Notes: generated from the letters alone by a model not told the origin. Positions 1 through 12,091 are shown, counted from the first letter of the whole stretch. The stretch: 63,980 bases of DNA, filler included, from Octopus bimaculoides (GCF_001194135.2; 7 parts of 6 records of this genome joined end to end with filler, not necessarily neighbours in it), one strand, 5' to 3'. Numbers and translations are program-made.

Positions 1-282
1 GGTTTCGATGGCTGCTGTGTGTGATTGGCTTTGGACTGCTAAGCCACCCTCCCTACTTTAATGATTTGACCTCATCTTATTATCTATATCCCCTACATAT
101 ATAAAAAAAAATCCTCGGTTTGGAACCAATATCATAGTGATGATGTCTTATCAGCTGTTGAAAACTATGACAATATAATGGTCAGCCTGTTAACTTTCCA
201 GTCGATCCTCATAATAAAAGTTATTATTATTGAACATTTGTTTGTTTTGATACCCAAATTAGAAAACTTCACCTTGTTTGTA

Positions 283-866
283 AAAATTTTGGGTACTACA
301 GGAGAAGTGTGGACCTGCGTCCTGAGAGTGCGCATATCACAAATTTGCACGTGCACGCGCATTAGTTGTAAGTAGTCGATTTCAGCTCACAAGGTAAACA
401 ACGAGAGGCTTGGACGCGTGCTACTTGCTGTAAAAGGGTTATCCATGTAATACAAAAAGAAAATTGCAGATAAGTTGAATATAAAAGTGAAAAATAATCA
501 TTGAATACTGAAAAAACATTCACCTCCCCTAACTTTAAACCCTAACCCTAATCCCTAACCCTTAATAACATATGGGAAAAGCTGGAGATGAATGTTTTGA
601 AAACATTCTGAACTATCTCTCAGAATGGTTTACTTTTCAATGAAATGTCATTTTGTTATTTTTCATGTTTTTATTCAATTAATCTGCAATTTTCTTCTTG
701 TATTAGATGGATAACCCACCCTCCATTTACAGCAAGTAGCGAGCGTCTCGTTTTTTACCTGTGTGCTAAATTTGACTACTTATGACTAACATGGGCGCAT
801 GTGCAAATTTGTGACATGCACACTCCCAGAACTCGGATCCACACTTCTCCAGTAGTGCCAAATTTT
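283..866. mobile_element. MITE-like element with ~160-bp imperfect terminal inverted repeats and an internal CCCTAA-rich tract
   Basis: ~285-447 (gggtactacaggagaagtgtgga...gggttatccat) is the reverse complement, with mismatches, of ~708-866 (atggataaccc...cacacttctccagtagtgcc). Non-coding interior with ccctaa repeats at ~525-558. TSD not resolved. Confidence 0.7.
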
Positions 867-1022
867 GAAACTGAGTTTGCACCCCCTAAGCAAATTTTGT
901 TCCCGGGCCACTGGCTGTCTGAGGTTAACAAGAAGAAGCGATTTTGTTGGGAAAAAGAGCAATAAGACTAGAATGATAATGATTGGGCTAAAGTTTTTTG
1001 GTCCGATGAAAGCAACTTTGAG

Positions 1023-1138
1023 GTAAGTTCTCCATATTAGTTTCCACCAATTTATTAAGCATAATTGAATTTATTATGCTTGTACACATTTTTTATTGGA
1101 TACCAAAAATGATCAGTAAAATTTGTATTTTATCTCAG
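1023..1138 (+). other. Putative 116-nt GT-AG spliceosomal intron inside the Tc1 transposase
   Basis: GAG|GTAAGT donor at 1023 and tttgtattttatctcAG| acceptor ending 1138. Removal joins WSDESNFE in frame to IIGTPGAVY..VGE, the expected Tc1 continuation. Confidence 0.75.
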
Positions 1139-1188
1139 ATCATTGGAACCCCTGGAGCTGTTTATGCTCATCAAAAAGTTGGGGAAGC

Positions 1189-1819
1189 TGTAAAAATTAA
1201 CACTTCCTTCTCCAAGCCTAGATTCGAAACCGAATCTAAGAATTCTCGGTTGTCCAAACCACCACGATCAACAGGCGTGAAAACAGGTTTTCTTTGTCCT
1301 GTCAAAAAGTGATTGATCATCTCCCTTTGACTTACAACCTCAGCCATGTCAGGCAAAGTTCAAATGGACAGGAGCTGACCTATTTAGGTACAAACTCTGC
1401 TGCAGTGTGTCTGTCCTTCTAGCTGCCATGATTATTATAAATACGGTGGTCAACAGACAGACGAAAAGAGAAAGGCCTAGCCGGCGAACGAGAAAGGTCT
1501 ACAACAGTTTTTCGCAGAGACCAGAGCTTATGTTTGAAGTTCCACGGTAGACTACTGTCTCAGTTGAACTACGTACACACACACACAAGCATATTCATTC
1601 CTGACATATCATTTCCACAGATGTACCGTGTTTCTATTTCTAGCAACTCATAGCAGTTGTCAACATTTTGCATGTAGTGAAGAATTATGTGTACCAACAA
1701 CATATTAAGTCCAGTGAATAAATTATTTCAACTATGAATCCAGTCACTCATTTGTTTATTTCAAAGGCATACACATTCATTTTGCATCTGTTCACCATGA
1801 TACATGTCTAACCACTACA
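1189..1819. mobile_element. Solo LTR (631 bp) inserted in the Tc1 transposase
   Basis: TGTA...TACA termini with a 4-bp direct repeat AAGC at 1185-1188 and 1820-1823. Excision restores GGG GAA GCT CAT GAT CCT (GEAHDP) in frame. AATAAA on + near 1717. Confidence 0.8.
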
Positions 1820-2459
1820 AAGCTCATGATCCTAGATGTGTTATACCAACAATCAAATTTGGAGGTGGTAGCATAATGATTTGGGGTTGCATGTCATCTT
1901 CAGGTCCAGGAATGTTGTTCACTTATGAGGGCAGAATGAATTCCAACACTTACACCAGCATATTAAACCAAGTTTATCAACCTTCCTGAGGTAAAATTTT
2001 CAATAACAACATACCAGATGATGTAATCTTCCAACAAGACAATGCTCCATGCTACACATCCAGAGTCTCAATAGGTTGGTTTGAGGAGAAAGGAGTGATG
2101 TTGATGGAATGACCCCCTCAATCTCCAGACCTCAACCCCATTGAACATTTGTGGTCATACTTGGGCACAAGAGTGAGGGTGTACAAATGTTCTTCAAAAG
2201 GTGAATTAACAGCCAAAATTCATGAAGAGTGGCAGAAAATTGAGCCAACCACTTTGCCAACTTAGTTTCAAGCATGCAATAACACATTAAAGGGGTTATA
2301 AAAGCAAAAGGAGGACACATCAAATATTAATTATTGATAGAATATACTCAAAAATGTTTATTATTATTATTTCAATTATGAAATAAATGAGTTTCAATCA
2401 TACTCTCTATTTTTTTGATACCTGCCCCATAATTTTGGCCATGGCTGTATGTACATACA

Positions 2460-2605
2460 CAAGGAGTTTCTTTCAGTTTTCACCTACCAAATTCATTCTT
2501 AAGGCCTTGGTTGTTCCAGGGCTATAGTAGAAGTCACTTTCCCAAGATGTCACACACTAAGACTGAACCAGGAACTATGTAGTTAGGAAGAAATTTCATA
2601 CCAGC
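2460..2605 (-). mobile_element. SINE family C, degenerate 5' portion
   Basis: Similar to the reverse complement of the head of the full copy at 43001-43385 (tttcagttt..ctaccaaat..ctatagtagaag.cact..cccaag). Confidence 0.65.
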
Positions 2606-4172
2606 TTGCACCTATAAATATATAATTATTTGAAATTACGAAATGTATCTAGGGTATAATAAACCTAAGTTTATTGTATCCTTTGTGTAAGTTATTCTTT
2701 CATTTTTAAGGTAGCAGGGCGTGATTTGGTGTTAAATTTGGCTAATAGCATGTAAGCAGTGATGTTGAGACTTCTTACTTTGACCTGTAATTAATTTTGG
2801 TCAGTTCTTCAATCTGGTGGGGCATTACATTGCAAATTCTATCTTGTTAGACTGTGTGAGGTGTCACATAGTGTTCTGGGTATGTTGTATCTATATTGTA
2901 GTAAAATTGTAATTGGTTGTGCAATTGCATCAATCCTTAGCGCTATATTTAGTTACTAAGTACAAACTTTGACCATTTGTATTCGACTAAAAGTTTAATA
3001 TAACAATTTTAGAACATGAATTGAGCATAAGCTAAAATGTCAAGCAGAGCAAATTTATTAAATGCTCGATGAATTTTCTTTCATTAACGGTCAGTTAAAA
3101 TAAACAATTCTCTGGTAACATTAGATCTGTGATCTACAATGTGGTCCAGGTTCAACAGTGCTCTATATCAATGAATGCTTAAGAATAGGTAAGTCATGCA
3201 CTTTCTTTTATCTTAGAGGTATTTTGTAGTTTCCAGTCTGAAAAAGAAGTTGCTTCAAACTAGAAATTAATGCGTATGATTCATTTGCACATGTGCAACA
3301 ATGTGTACATTGCAAAAGAATTTGTCTCCAGATACTTGTCTGTCTTTGAAGGTGTCCCACTCATGACCATCCGATTTTTTTGCAAAAGAGACTAGATGGT
3401 CATGATTAAAACACTTTTTGGTATTCCTTCAGGGAAAGTAGCATGTGTGTCAAAACTCAAATCACCTTTTTTATCTGTTTGTTTGGCAATTTCCTTAAAA
3501 GATTTTTATTTCTTCCATTTAATTTTCATGTTCTGTGGAAAGCCTTTGATGTCCATGAGTGAGCTGAACTGTGAAACACATGTTTGGGTGTGCACACATG
3601 CTTGTGTATACTTTACCATACACCCATGCATGCGCGCACATGTGTGTATGTATGTATATATATATCTTTTGTGTATGTGGCTAGAGTTTGTTCTTACCTG
3701 CTTAATCTGTGTGCAGTTGTAATGTTGTCAACTAAATTCTAATAGATAAGTAGTGTAGGGAAGTGGTTATACACCATTAGGTGTACTCCGCTCCCATACA
3801 TTAAATTTCTTGAAGAAGAAAACAGAACGCTGGCTCTAAACTATCAACACAACAATATTTATTACAATAGAATTCTGCTCACACTAGGAGGGAATTCGGC
3901 AGCACTTCGCCCTTTGGTTACTGAGACGCCGTCAATGAAGTTGCGTGGTTATCTGTGTAGCTCCAGTGTTGGGTTGTCGGAGAGCTGCTGCTGCGACGTC
4001 TAGGCTCCTCGAAGGTCAGTGAGCAAAGAGAGCGAAATACGCGCGAACGCTTGGATATGGATGACTATGCATGCGCATGAGACGCTTCCTGTATTCCTTC
4101 CGGAACTAGTCCCTGCGCATGCGTGGATAAACTCTCCGGAAATGGCGTCTGATATTAGGCGCCACTACATGG

Positions 4173-4181
4173 CTCCCCCTC
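4173..4181 (-). promoter_or_regulatory. Polypurine tract of the 3754-6664 element
   Basis: GAGGGGGAG on the minus strand, 3 nt before the TGTAG start of the 3' LTR. Confidence 0.75.
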
Positions 4182-6236
4182 GAGTGCGGAAGCACGAAAA
4201 TGGAAAAATTGGAGTGGCGCCTGAGGCAAGATGGCTACCGAAACCACCCACAAGATGTCGCACAAATATATATAAAGAAAAATCAAAGAAATGATGTACA
4301 ATGGTGAGATACATGCATGCAATGTATAAAAGAATTGAGGAAAGAAAACATGCAAGTAAATGGGCAGTAAGTGCCACTTAGTGAAAACTAAAATAGACAA
4401 TAACAAAACAACCGTGATGACCACTGTCCAGGAAAACTGGAATCACACGATGTAAAAGTTTGATTTTTTGTTTTTTTCTGAAAGGAAAGAAAATATTCAA
4501 TAAGAGAGCACTGAAATTGTCCAATGAAACACAATATAAGACAGGCCGTCATGTAAACAAAGAGTGTGTATACAAATATATGTATGTGAATGCAAGAGAT
4601 ACAGAGGATAGAACAGAGTCAGTAACACAGATAAGAATATACCAGTTCTGTTAAGGTACACAGTAGTTAAAAAGTCTGTATATAAGAGGTTAAGGCTTGA
4701 GGCAGAGCTAAGTCACTTGTCGTGCAGTTGAGGCTTCGATGCCGGGCCGGATTCTTGATACAGATGTTCTTCGCAGGTTGAGTTCTGGCTGTTAATTTCG
4801 TGTTGAGGCAATTCACACAAACAGAGTTGAGAAAAGAAGCTGCGGTTGCTTGTGTANNNNNNNNNNNNNNNNNNNNNNNNNNNNNNNNNNNNNNNNNNNN
4901 NNNNNNNNNNNNNNNNNNNNNNNNNNNNNNNNNNNNNNNNNNNNNNNNNNNNNNNNNNNNNNNNNNNNNNNNNNNNNNNNNNNNNNNNNNNNNNNNNNNN
5001 NNNNATTCGTGTGAGACCAAGAGAAAGTCCTGCAGCTGTGGAATAAGCTGATGCGAGTGAGTGTGTGCATTCTCTATCTATGATATCAGCAAAAGTTTTC
5101 TTGCAGGATTGCATTTTGCGCGAAAAAGCCTTGAAGGGGTGCAGAAGTGAATTGTGTCTGGCGTTGTTGTCGCGGGTATTTACTAAGATTAGCCCGAACG
5201 ACAACAGTTTGGCATGCTGGCGCGTTGCCTTGGACAGACAATTTTCTCTGTTAACTTCGTGACCAACCTGGGGTCGAACAGAGATAAGTTGTGTCTGACA
5301 AGAACGCAGAGAGCATGAGTTGACATCCGACGTACACAGAGTCAGGAAAAAGAGCTGAGTGGGCACAGACATGATGATAACAACTCTAAAGGNNNNNNNN
5401 NNNNNNNNNNNNNNNNNNNNNNNNNNNNNNNNNNNNNNNNNNNNNNNNNNNNNNNNNNNNNNNNNNNNNNNNNNNNNNNNNNNNNNNNNNNNNNNNNNNN
5501 NNNNNNNNNNNNNNNNNNNNNNNNNNNNNNNNNNNNNNNNNNNNNNNNNNNNNNNNNNNNNNNNNNNNNNNNNNNNNNNNNNNNNNNNNNNNNNNNNNNN
5601 NNNNNNNNNNNNNNNNNNNNNNNNNNNNNNNNNNNNNNNNNNNNNNNNNNNNNNNNNNNNNNNNNNNNNNNNNNNNNNNNNNNNNNNNNNNNNNNNNNNN
5701 NNNNNNNNNNNNNNNNNNNNNNNNNNNNNNNNNNNNNNNNNNNNNNNNNNNNNNNNNNNNNNNNNNNNNNNNNNNNNNNNNNNNNNNNNNNNNNNNNNNN
5801 NNNNNNNNNNNNNNNNNNNNNNNNNNNNNNNNNNNNNNNNCTAAAAAGTAGCATTTGAAATGCAAAAGTAGGTGCATACAAAGGAAGTTCAAATCTATGG
5901 CTGTCGAAAACGTTGCTCGTGTGGGCTTCCATAGAGTTATCTGGTTAGTTCTTTGTTGGATAGTTGTTCAAAATGCTGCGGTTTCTCTGGTGGATCTGTG
6001 CATCGGGTTGCATTGCATTCTCTGGCAGGTCGAAAGTGAATTGTGGGTGTCCATTGTGTCTGTGAGTTCTTTTCCTTTGTGTTGTGCGACAGTCGAAACA
6101 AAAACTGTGCAGTGAGAGTTGTTATTCTTGTCTTCGATGTCTAAGGCTACTGTGGAAAGCATGTGTGAGACAGGCGACAGCTCGTGTATTATTGTGGTCA
6201 GTAGTTCAGAGTTTTCGGGCTGCATTTGTTCTTGAT

Positions 6237-6248
6237 TCAGGGTCACCA
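6237..6248 (-). promoter_or_regulatory. Primer-binding site complementary to the tRNA-Trp 3' end
   Basis: TGGTGACCCTGA versus TGGTGACCCCGA (reverse complement of the metazoan tRNA-Trp 3' end), 11/12 match. Confidence 0.8.
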
Positions 6249-7131
6249 GTTGTAGGGAAGTGGTTATACACCATTAGGTGTACTCCGCTCCCGTACATTA
6301 AATTTCTTGAAGAAGAAAACGGAACGCAGGCTCTAAACTATCAACACAACAATATTTATTACAATAGAATTCTGCTCACACTAGGAGGGAATTTGGCAGC
6401 ACTTCGCCCTTTGGTTACTGAGACGCCGTCAATGAAGTTGCGTGGTTATCTGTGTAGCTCCAGTGTTGGGTTGTCGGAGAGCTGCTGCTGCGACGTCTAG
6501 GCTCCTCGAAGGTCAGTGAGCAAAGAGAGCGAAATACGCGTGAACGCTTGGATATGGATGACTACACATGCGCATGAGACTTCCTGTATTCCTTCTGGAA
6601 CTAGTCCTTGCGCATGCGTGGATAAACTCTCCGGAAATGGCATCTGATATTAGGCACCACTACTGTAGAAAACAGATTGTTCAAGATGCCATATATTTGC
6701 TTATTTTGTTGGGTTAGGGTTTTGTGAAACCTTCAAGAAACAGGAGAAAAGATACCCATAATTCTCGGAAATTTATGTTCACTCTATTATAACACAGAAG
6801 CAGGCCCATCACCAGACTTTGGTGCCTGGAGGTGCTTCAGAATATTGTGGGTGAGCACTAATTTGTAATAATACTAAAGTGGAGTTTCAAAATAAGTGTA
6901 TCGCTGTAAATTTTTTCAACAATTTAGTTAATTGGCAGAGTTCTGATTGAAGCACACCTTTTAATCCATCATATGTTTTGTGAATTTGTGTTCAACCTAC
7001 TATACAATTATACAAAAACATTTTAAAACATTTATTCATCCCTTTTCCTCGATAAAATTTCAGCTTAAAAGATTTTCTTTTTTAAATCATAGTTTCAAAA
7101 TACTGACAATCCGAATCTGTCATTTTCTTCT

Positions 7132-8910
7132 TGTGGGAGTGAGGTGAACTGGAAAGAAAGGGCAGTAACATCAACAACTAAGGTGCCCCACTGAAAGAGG
7201 AACAGGGAGCAATAAAGTGAGAGAAATAGGACCAGCATGGTCCTCTTTTGACCTCAATGCAGTCATGGTGAATGGACACATGTTGATGCATGGGTGAGAC
7301 AGAGCTTTAGCAGCAGCTACTAGTGATAGGTGAGACAGGTAGGGCACATCTTGGATTTTATACAGCTGGATATCTGACACTGAGAGGTAGGTGAACCATA
7401 TTTTGTTCCTTACATTACCGTTCGCTCATACTACAAGCTATTTTGACTCTCATACATACATATATTTCACCATTGTTATTGTCCCCTTCCACGAGACGGC
7501 AGAAAAATAAGGATCAGCAGTGATGCCATCAAGTCTTTTTGTGGTGAAGAAGATGTGATTGCCTGCATCCATAAGATCAAGGTGGCCAGGCTTCAAGGCA
7601 CTGACGATGCAGCAGGTATCATGGCTCTGTATCTGGAGGGAAACTCGTTGGCACTGTACCCTGAGATGGATGGGAGAGACCAACTGGATGCAGCAAAGAT
7701 CAAGTAGCACCTAAAGAAGGACTCTACGGAAGGATCGTATGCTGTGTTCATCAAGCTGGGAATTGTCAGATGGACTGGGGAACAGGTAGACATATTCACA
7801 ACAGAGGTTCAATGACTGGACATGCTATATGATTTAACCAGAGAGGGACTAGAAAAGGTGGCATGATTGGATTTCATGACTAGCTTCCCTGACTGCAACA
7901 ACTGCCAAACAGCAAGAAAATGGTGATGAGTAAGCTCATTGCTCAAGGCTGCATGTCAACACAAAACATTAGGCAGAATGCAGTGGCGATAGCAGCTGCG
8001 GAAGCTTGTGATATTATGTGACGATCAGTAAAGAATGAGGAGAGAAAAACTGTTGTGGAGTAGCAGCGACTGTTTATAAGCCAGTGTTTCAAGTGCCAGT
8101 GCCCACACATGGTAAGGGACTGTGCAGAGATGAAGCCCGAACCTGTTTGCTGCCAGTGCTGGCAGACAGGGTATATCACTCAAAACTGCAGCCAGGGAAA
8201 AGGCCACGTGGAAGTTGCTGGCTCACAATCTTCACCCACAAGCAAGTAGAGGCTCTCATGCAGTTGCTGCCCATAATTGAAGTCCTAATTGGAGGAAAGG
8301 TGTTCAGATCCCTCGTAGATACAGGCTGCATGACGTCTATCATGACCCTGCGAGTAACAAAAAAATGGAAGGGGACGAGTAGTGTTCGGGCGGTTGATGG
8401 CAATGAAATTGGATGAAAGGGTAGCAGCGAAGTGGAGATAGTGTTGCAGGGCACAATATCAAAGCTGTGGGTGATTATGATTGACCATGTGGTAGATGGA
8501 ATTGATGTGGTGATGGGCATGGACATGATCAACCGCCTTGGAGACATAGTTTCATTTGGTGTTGCAGGGGTGTCATGCACTGAGTCTGGCACATGAGAGG
8601 GAACAGCGCTCTATGGGGAATTGTACTGCTAACACTAATGAGGATAAGATTTACAGGCAGTGTTTCAGGTAGCAATGGACAAGAGAGTGGCACTGGAAAA
8701 GTAGCCCCCGATGCTGAAGAATAGGCTGAGCTGCTATCAGCATACCCTGAAAGGAGATGCCAGAAGTGGTAGAGAGATGGATCAAGGAAGGTATCCTTAT
8801 CTTGTGAAAGGAGGAAGTGAAGAGTGGCGTGCTTCCACTAACGGCAGTGGTGCAGCCAATGAAGGGTGAGGCCAAGCTGGTACTGAACTTTCAAGAGATG
8901 AATGGCCTCC
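7132..8910 (+). mobile_element. Old, degenerate Gypsy copy (LTR-gag-protease-start of RT), same family group as 11809-13216
   Basis: gag traces KIRISSDAIKSFCGEEDV..KVARLQG..MALYLEG..RWTGEQVD parallel the 12133-12891 gag. Protease LPIIEVLIGGKVFRSLVDTGC; RT-start traces RWIKEGIL..VLPLTAVVQPMKGEAKLVLNFQEMN. Putative LTR end TACTACA at 7435 is followed by AGCTATTTTGAC. Left boundary approximate. Confidence 0.8.
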
Positions 8911-10099
8911 AGCCAGCAAAACCATATTGGGCTGATATCAAACCAATGTTGTTACCTATATTGGCCCTGCATCAGAAATTGTGATGGTTTGATTTCAGCC
9001 CAATCTCATTTTGAAATATCGGACTGATATGAATTTGAGGTTGGACCAATGTGAGATTTTGGTTCAGTGTCATATTCACATCAAGGTGACATCTGTCCGA
9101 TATGAAAATGAGGAAAGGGCTGATATATAGTTGTTCCACTTGAGAAGTCTCAATATCGGCCTGAGCCAATTTTGCCAAATGCCTGATCTGGCTCCGAAAT
9201 ACATTCAAGAATGGGCTAATTAATGTATGATTAAACATTTATACCGTTTCGACATCAGCCACATTTTTATGTTCTCCATAGCATTACACCAGATTCCTGG
9301 CATGAATTGCTCTGATTCCAGCCTCACCCACCCAACGTTTGAAAATAAAAATGTAATATTGTTTCAATTTACAGCCAATGAGGACCACCCACTGCTAAAC
9401 AGAAACAGTATTAAATTTATTTTGAAGATGTAAGTGTCTGAGCATCAGTTTACATGGCATGTGTATGGGAATATCTGAAAAATCATGTAGAAACTGCCAG
9501 AAAAAAAAAAAAAATGAACTCCTTTTTCTTTGCAAACATCATTTATATTATAAACTATAACTTTGAAAAATGGCTATTTACAACACAACAAAAGTAAATC
9601 ACAGCATATAAAAGTTAATAAAAATGAAGACAAAATATACTAGTCAATATACACTGTAAAACTAAGATATTTATTTAATTAGTGTTAAGTTCACTTATAC
9701 AGCTGTGGCTATTTGTGACAAAGTTCAACAATCATTCACATCTGTACATAAAGATAGGTAAATAAGGAGTAACAGTATTTATTTTAGGGTTTGATTTTAT
9801 GACTTGAAATTTAGGAGATTTGTTAAAAATGAATATATTTAGAAAGTGCAGAAATAGGAAAAACACATTAAATGTGAGAGATATCATCAATAAAATTGTA
9901 TTTGAAACCACAGATAGGAGTATTACTTACTAACCTGGTGAATGAGTAATTTGAATGGAAGACAAAACCATGTATACAAAGTTATTCAGCCTATTATTAC
10001 CAGTGCATTGCTAAAATAGATGACCTTAAAAAATTGAGGCAACCTGTAAATTAGTTTTCTCACTTTTCAATTTGTGCAGACCTGAGATCTGTGGCAGAT

Positions 10100-10244
10100 T
10101 CATTGTCAAGTGCAGACTTGTCCTAGTTCTTTTTTTCTCTCTTCTTTCAGCAACCATTTCTGTCACAGGCAGTCTGAAGCCATTCTAGAGTCACCAGCTC
10201 AACTTCTGCTTCTGTTGCATCTTTCATAGTCTTGCAAACAGCCC
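10100..10244 (-). pseudogene. Isolated exon-like remnant resembling the C-terminus of DUF4806/BEN-like transposon-associated proteins
   Basis: After a tttcAG acceptor, reads AVCKTMKDATEAEVELVTLEWLQTACDRNGC*KKR, recalling the A..ATD.EIE..IK.WL..A.DR.GGR.RR motif. Recognition from memory only; in-frame TGA at 10147-10149. Confidence 0.4.
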
Positions 10245-10668
10245 CTGAAATTAATTGATTATGTTACTTAAAATTAGTTCTTAATGTGAGAATAACAAAT
10301 GCACTCACATCCATTTACTTATGTACTATTTACAGAGGCAAAAATCTACTAGCATAAATTACATGGATTTAACTAATTATACAGTTGAAAACAGATACAA
10401 ACATTCATAAATGTTCACTACTGTTTTATGTCAGAAGCTTCCAAAGCTAGTACAACCCCCGCCCCCAGTCTGGCTAAAACAGTACTCAAAGTGAATATTA
10501 ATATCATCATATGCCCAGCCCAGGGCCATTTTCAGTCCAATGACTGCAAATCAAAGTAAAAAAATGCAGTCATTTTCAATACACTATGAGCAAAGGATAA
10601 AATATAAGCTCAAATGTAAAGCAAAAAGTAGAATAATAGCCTTTTGATCAAACATCAAAAACAATTAA

Positions 10669-11087
10669 CAGGGTTCTTGCAGGTTTTTAAAAAGAAAATT
10701 AAGGGTTTTTAAGATTTTTCAAGAGTATTTTCAAGTTAGATTCAAGGACCATCAATACCACTCCACAAAAAATTCGAGGGTTTCCAAGGACATCCTTCTG
10801 ATAAAACTATTTACATTACTTAGGTTCTCAAATAATATTGTTTAAATATTGCCCAATCTATTTCCTCAAGTTGTTAACTAATGTGTAGCAATATTTCCAT
10901 GCCAACATTGATGTGGAAACATTGCAAATATAAATTCAGACGATTGGTTTAAGTATAACATTTTTCTTCTGTGGTACAGGAAGTGGACTGACTGTAAAAC
11001 TTTTAAATAAAAATCCAAAGTTTTCAAGGAATTTTACTTTTGAAATTCAAGAGTGTTCAAGGAATTCAAGGACCCGCGAGAACCCTG
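10669..11087. mobile_element. MITE (419 bp) with 16-bp TIRs
   Basis: Left CAGGGTTCTTGCAGGT and right ACCCGCGAGAACCCTG (14/16 complementary), flanked by ATTAA on both sides (10664-10668, 11088-11092). Subterminal TTCAAGG repeats. Confidence 0.8.
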
Positions 11088-12091
11088 ATTAAGAAATTGG
11101 TAAGGCCTGCATCAAGATTTTTATTTTTAGGGTTATATGTAGACACAAGCCTACCTGCATATATATAACATTCGGTGTCTCAACATAGTGGTTAATCACA
11201 ACACCCTGAAAGCCAAACTAGTATATTTCCATTTTTCAATGAAAATTCTTACACTTTTTCAACAAAACCTTACAGATACGGATATTGTAAGAAGTGATTT
11301 GATGAGCCGGTTCTAAAGATATCCATATCTGCATGGTTTTACTGAGAGAGTCCCAAGAAATTTCAAGTTATGGTAGTCTTATACTGGTTTATTTTTTGGC
11401 CATTTTGAATGAGAATTTGGGTAAATGGTTAACATAGATCTGAGCTCTTTCAAAAAAATATAATAGAAAAATTGCGTGTTTCACCACCAGAATGCATAAA
11501 CCCCATAGCATTAATGTCAATACAACTGCTTTGTTAACTGGTTGAGTGTTGGAAGCAACTGTTGTGGTTTTGAAGAAAAGTGGATTATTGGCATGGTATC
11601 AGTATCGGCAAAAGATCACAATTCTACCAATATTGACAGCTGATATATGATTGGCTGTCAGTTGCACAGCATATGTAATGGTGATAGCTCATCTTGAAAC
11701 ATGTTCAGAAACAGACACACCCCAAATACAGTTCCACCCAAGATGATTTGTTGAGTCATGCTGACTGTTGGACAACCTCACCTCTTGTCTGTGATATCTA
11801 ATAGTTCATGTGGTGTTATGGGCTGTGACGAGTTATGTGTTGAGGTGGAGAGGGGTGAGGCAAACAGAGGTGAAGCCAGACCGGAAGGGCCAAACCGGAA
11901 GGGTCAGATCGGAAGTCGGCGACACGCGGTCGAAGGCTAGCACGTGGGGCCAGTGAGAAAACAGCGACGTTACGAGAAAGACGTGTTCTGATTAGGAGCG
12001 ATCGTGTACTCCGCTGCGGTCGGCAAGGTAAGGTCCGACGCTTCATTCTGTCCTTTTGCTTCTTGTTGTCTTCTTCCTCCATCGCACCACA

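Larger units (their letters stand above)
912..2447 (+). mobile_element. Tc1-family (DD34E) DNA transposon remnant, 5' truncated, with right TIR
   Basis: Translates as LSEVNKKKRFCW..WAKVFWSDESNFE / IIGTPGAVYAHQKVGEA / HDPRCVIPTIKFGGGSIMIWGCMSSSG..FQQDNAPCY..*PPQSPDLNPIEHLW..KAKGGHIKY*. 34 residues lie between the second D and E. Several stops. Right TIR ...ataattttggccatggctg (ends 2447) is followed by TA. Confidence 0.93.
3754..6664 (-). mobile_element. Short, internally deleted Gypsy LTR retrotransposon with two LTRs (CsRn1-like features)
   Basis: LTRs at 3754-4169 and 6251-6664, TGTAG...CTAC(A/T), about 12 substitutions plus one 2-bp indel by manual count (~97% identical). TSD GTAG at 3750-3753 and 6665-6668. 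On the minus strand: PBS TGGTGACCCTGA 2 nt after the 5' LTR and PPT GAGGGGGAG before the 3' LTR. Decayed RNase H-like (AFSRKMQ..DRE, ~5066-5140) and integrase-like (LRRT..PGI, ~4720-4790) traces. Confidence 0.9.

Noticed and set aside
525-558. CCCTAA telomere-like repeats
   Set aside because: Short, degenerate and internal to a MITE-like element; not a telomere.
4170-4182. TGGCTCCCCCTCG right after the left LTR resembles a tRNA-Asp PBS on the + strand
   Set aside because: On the minus strand it is the polypurine tract. The tRNA-Trp PBS at 6237-6248, the minus-strand AATAAA in the LTR and the minus-strand pol traces all orient the element on the minus strand.
6084-6500. 138-aa plus-strand ORF
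   Set aside because: Antisense read-through of the LTR and leader of the 3754-6664 element.
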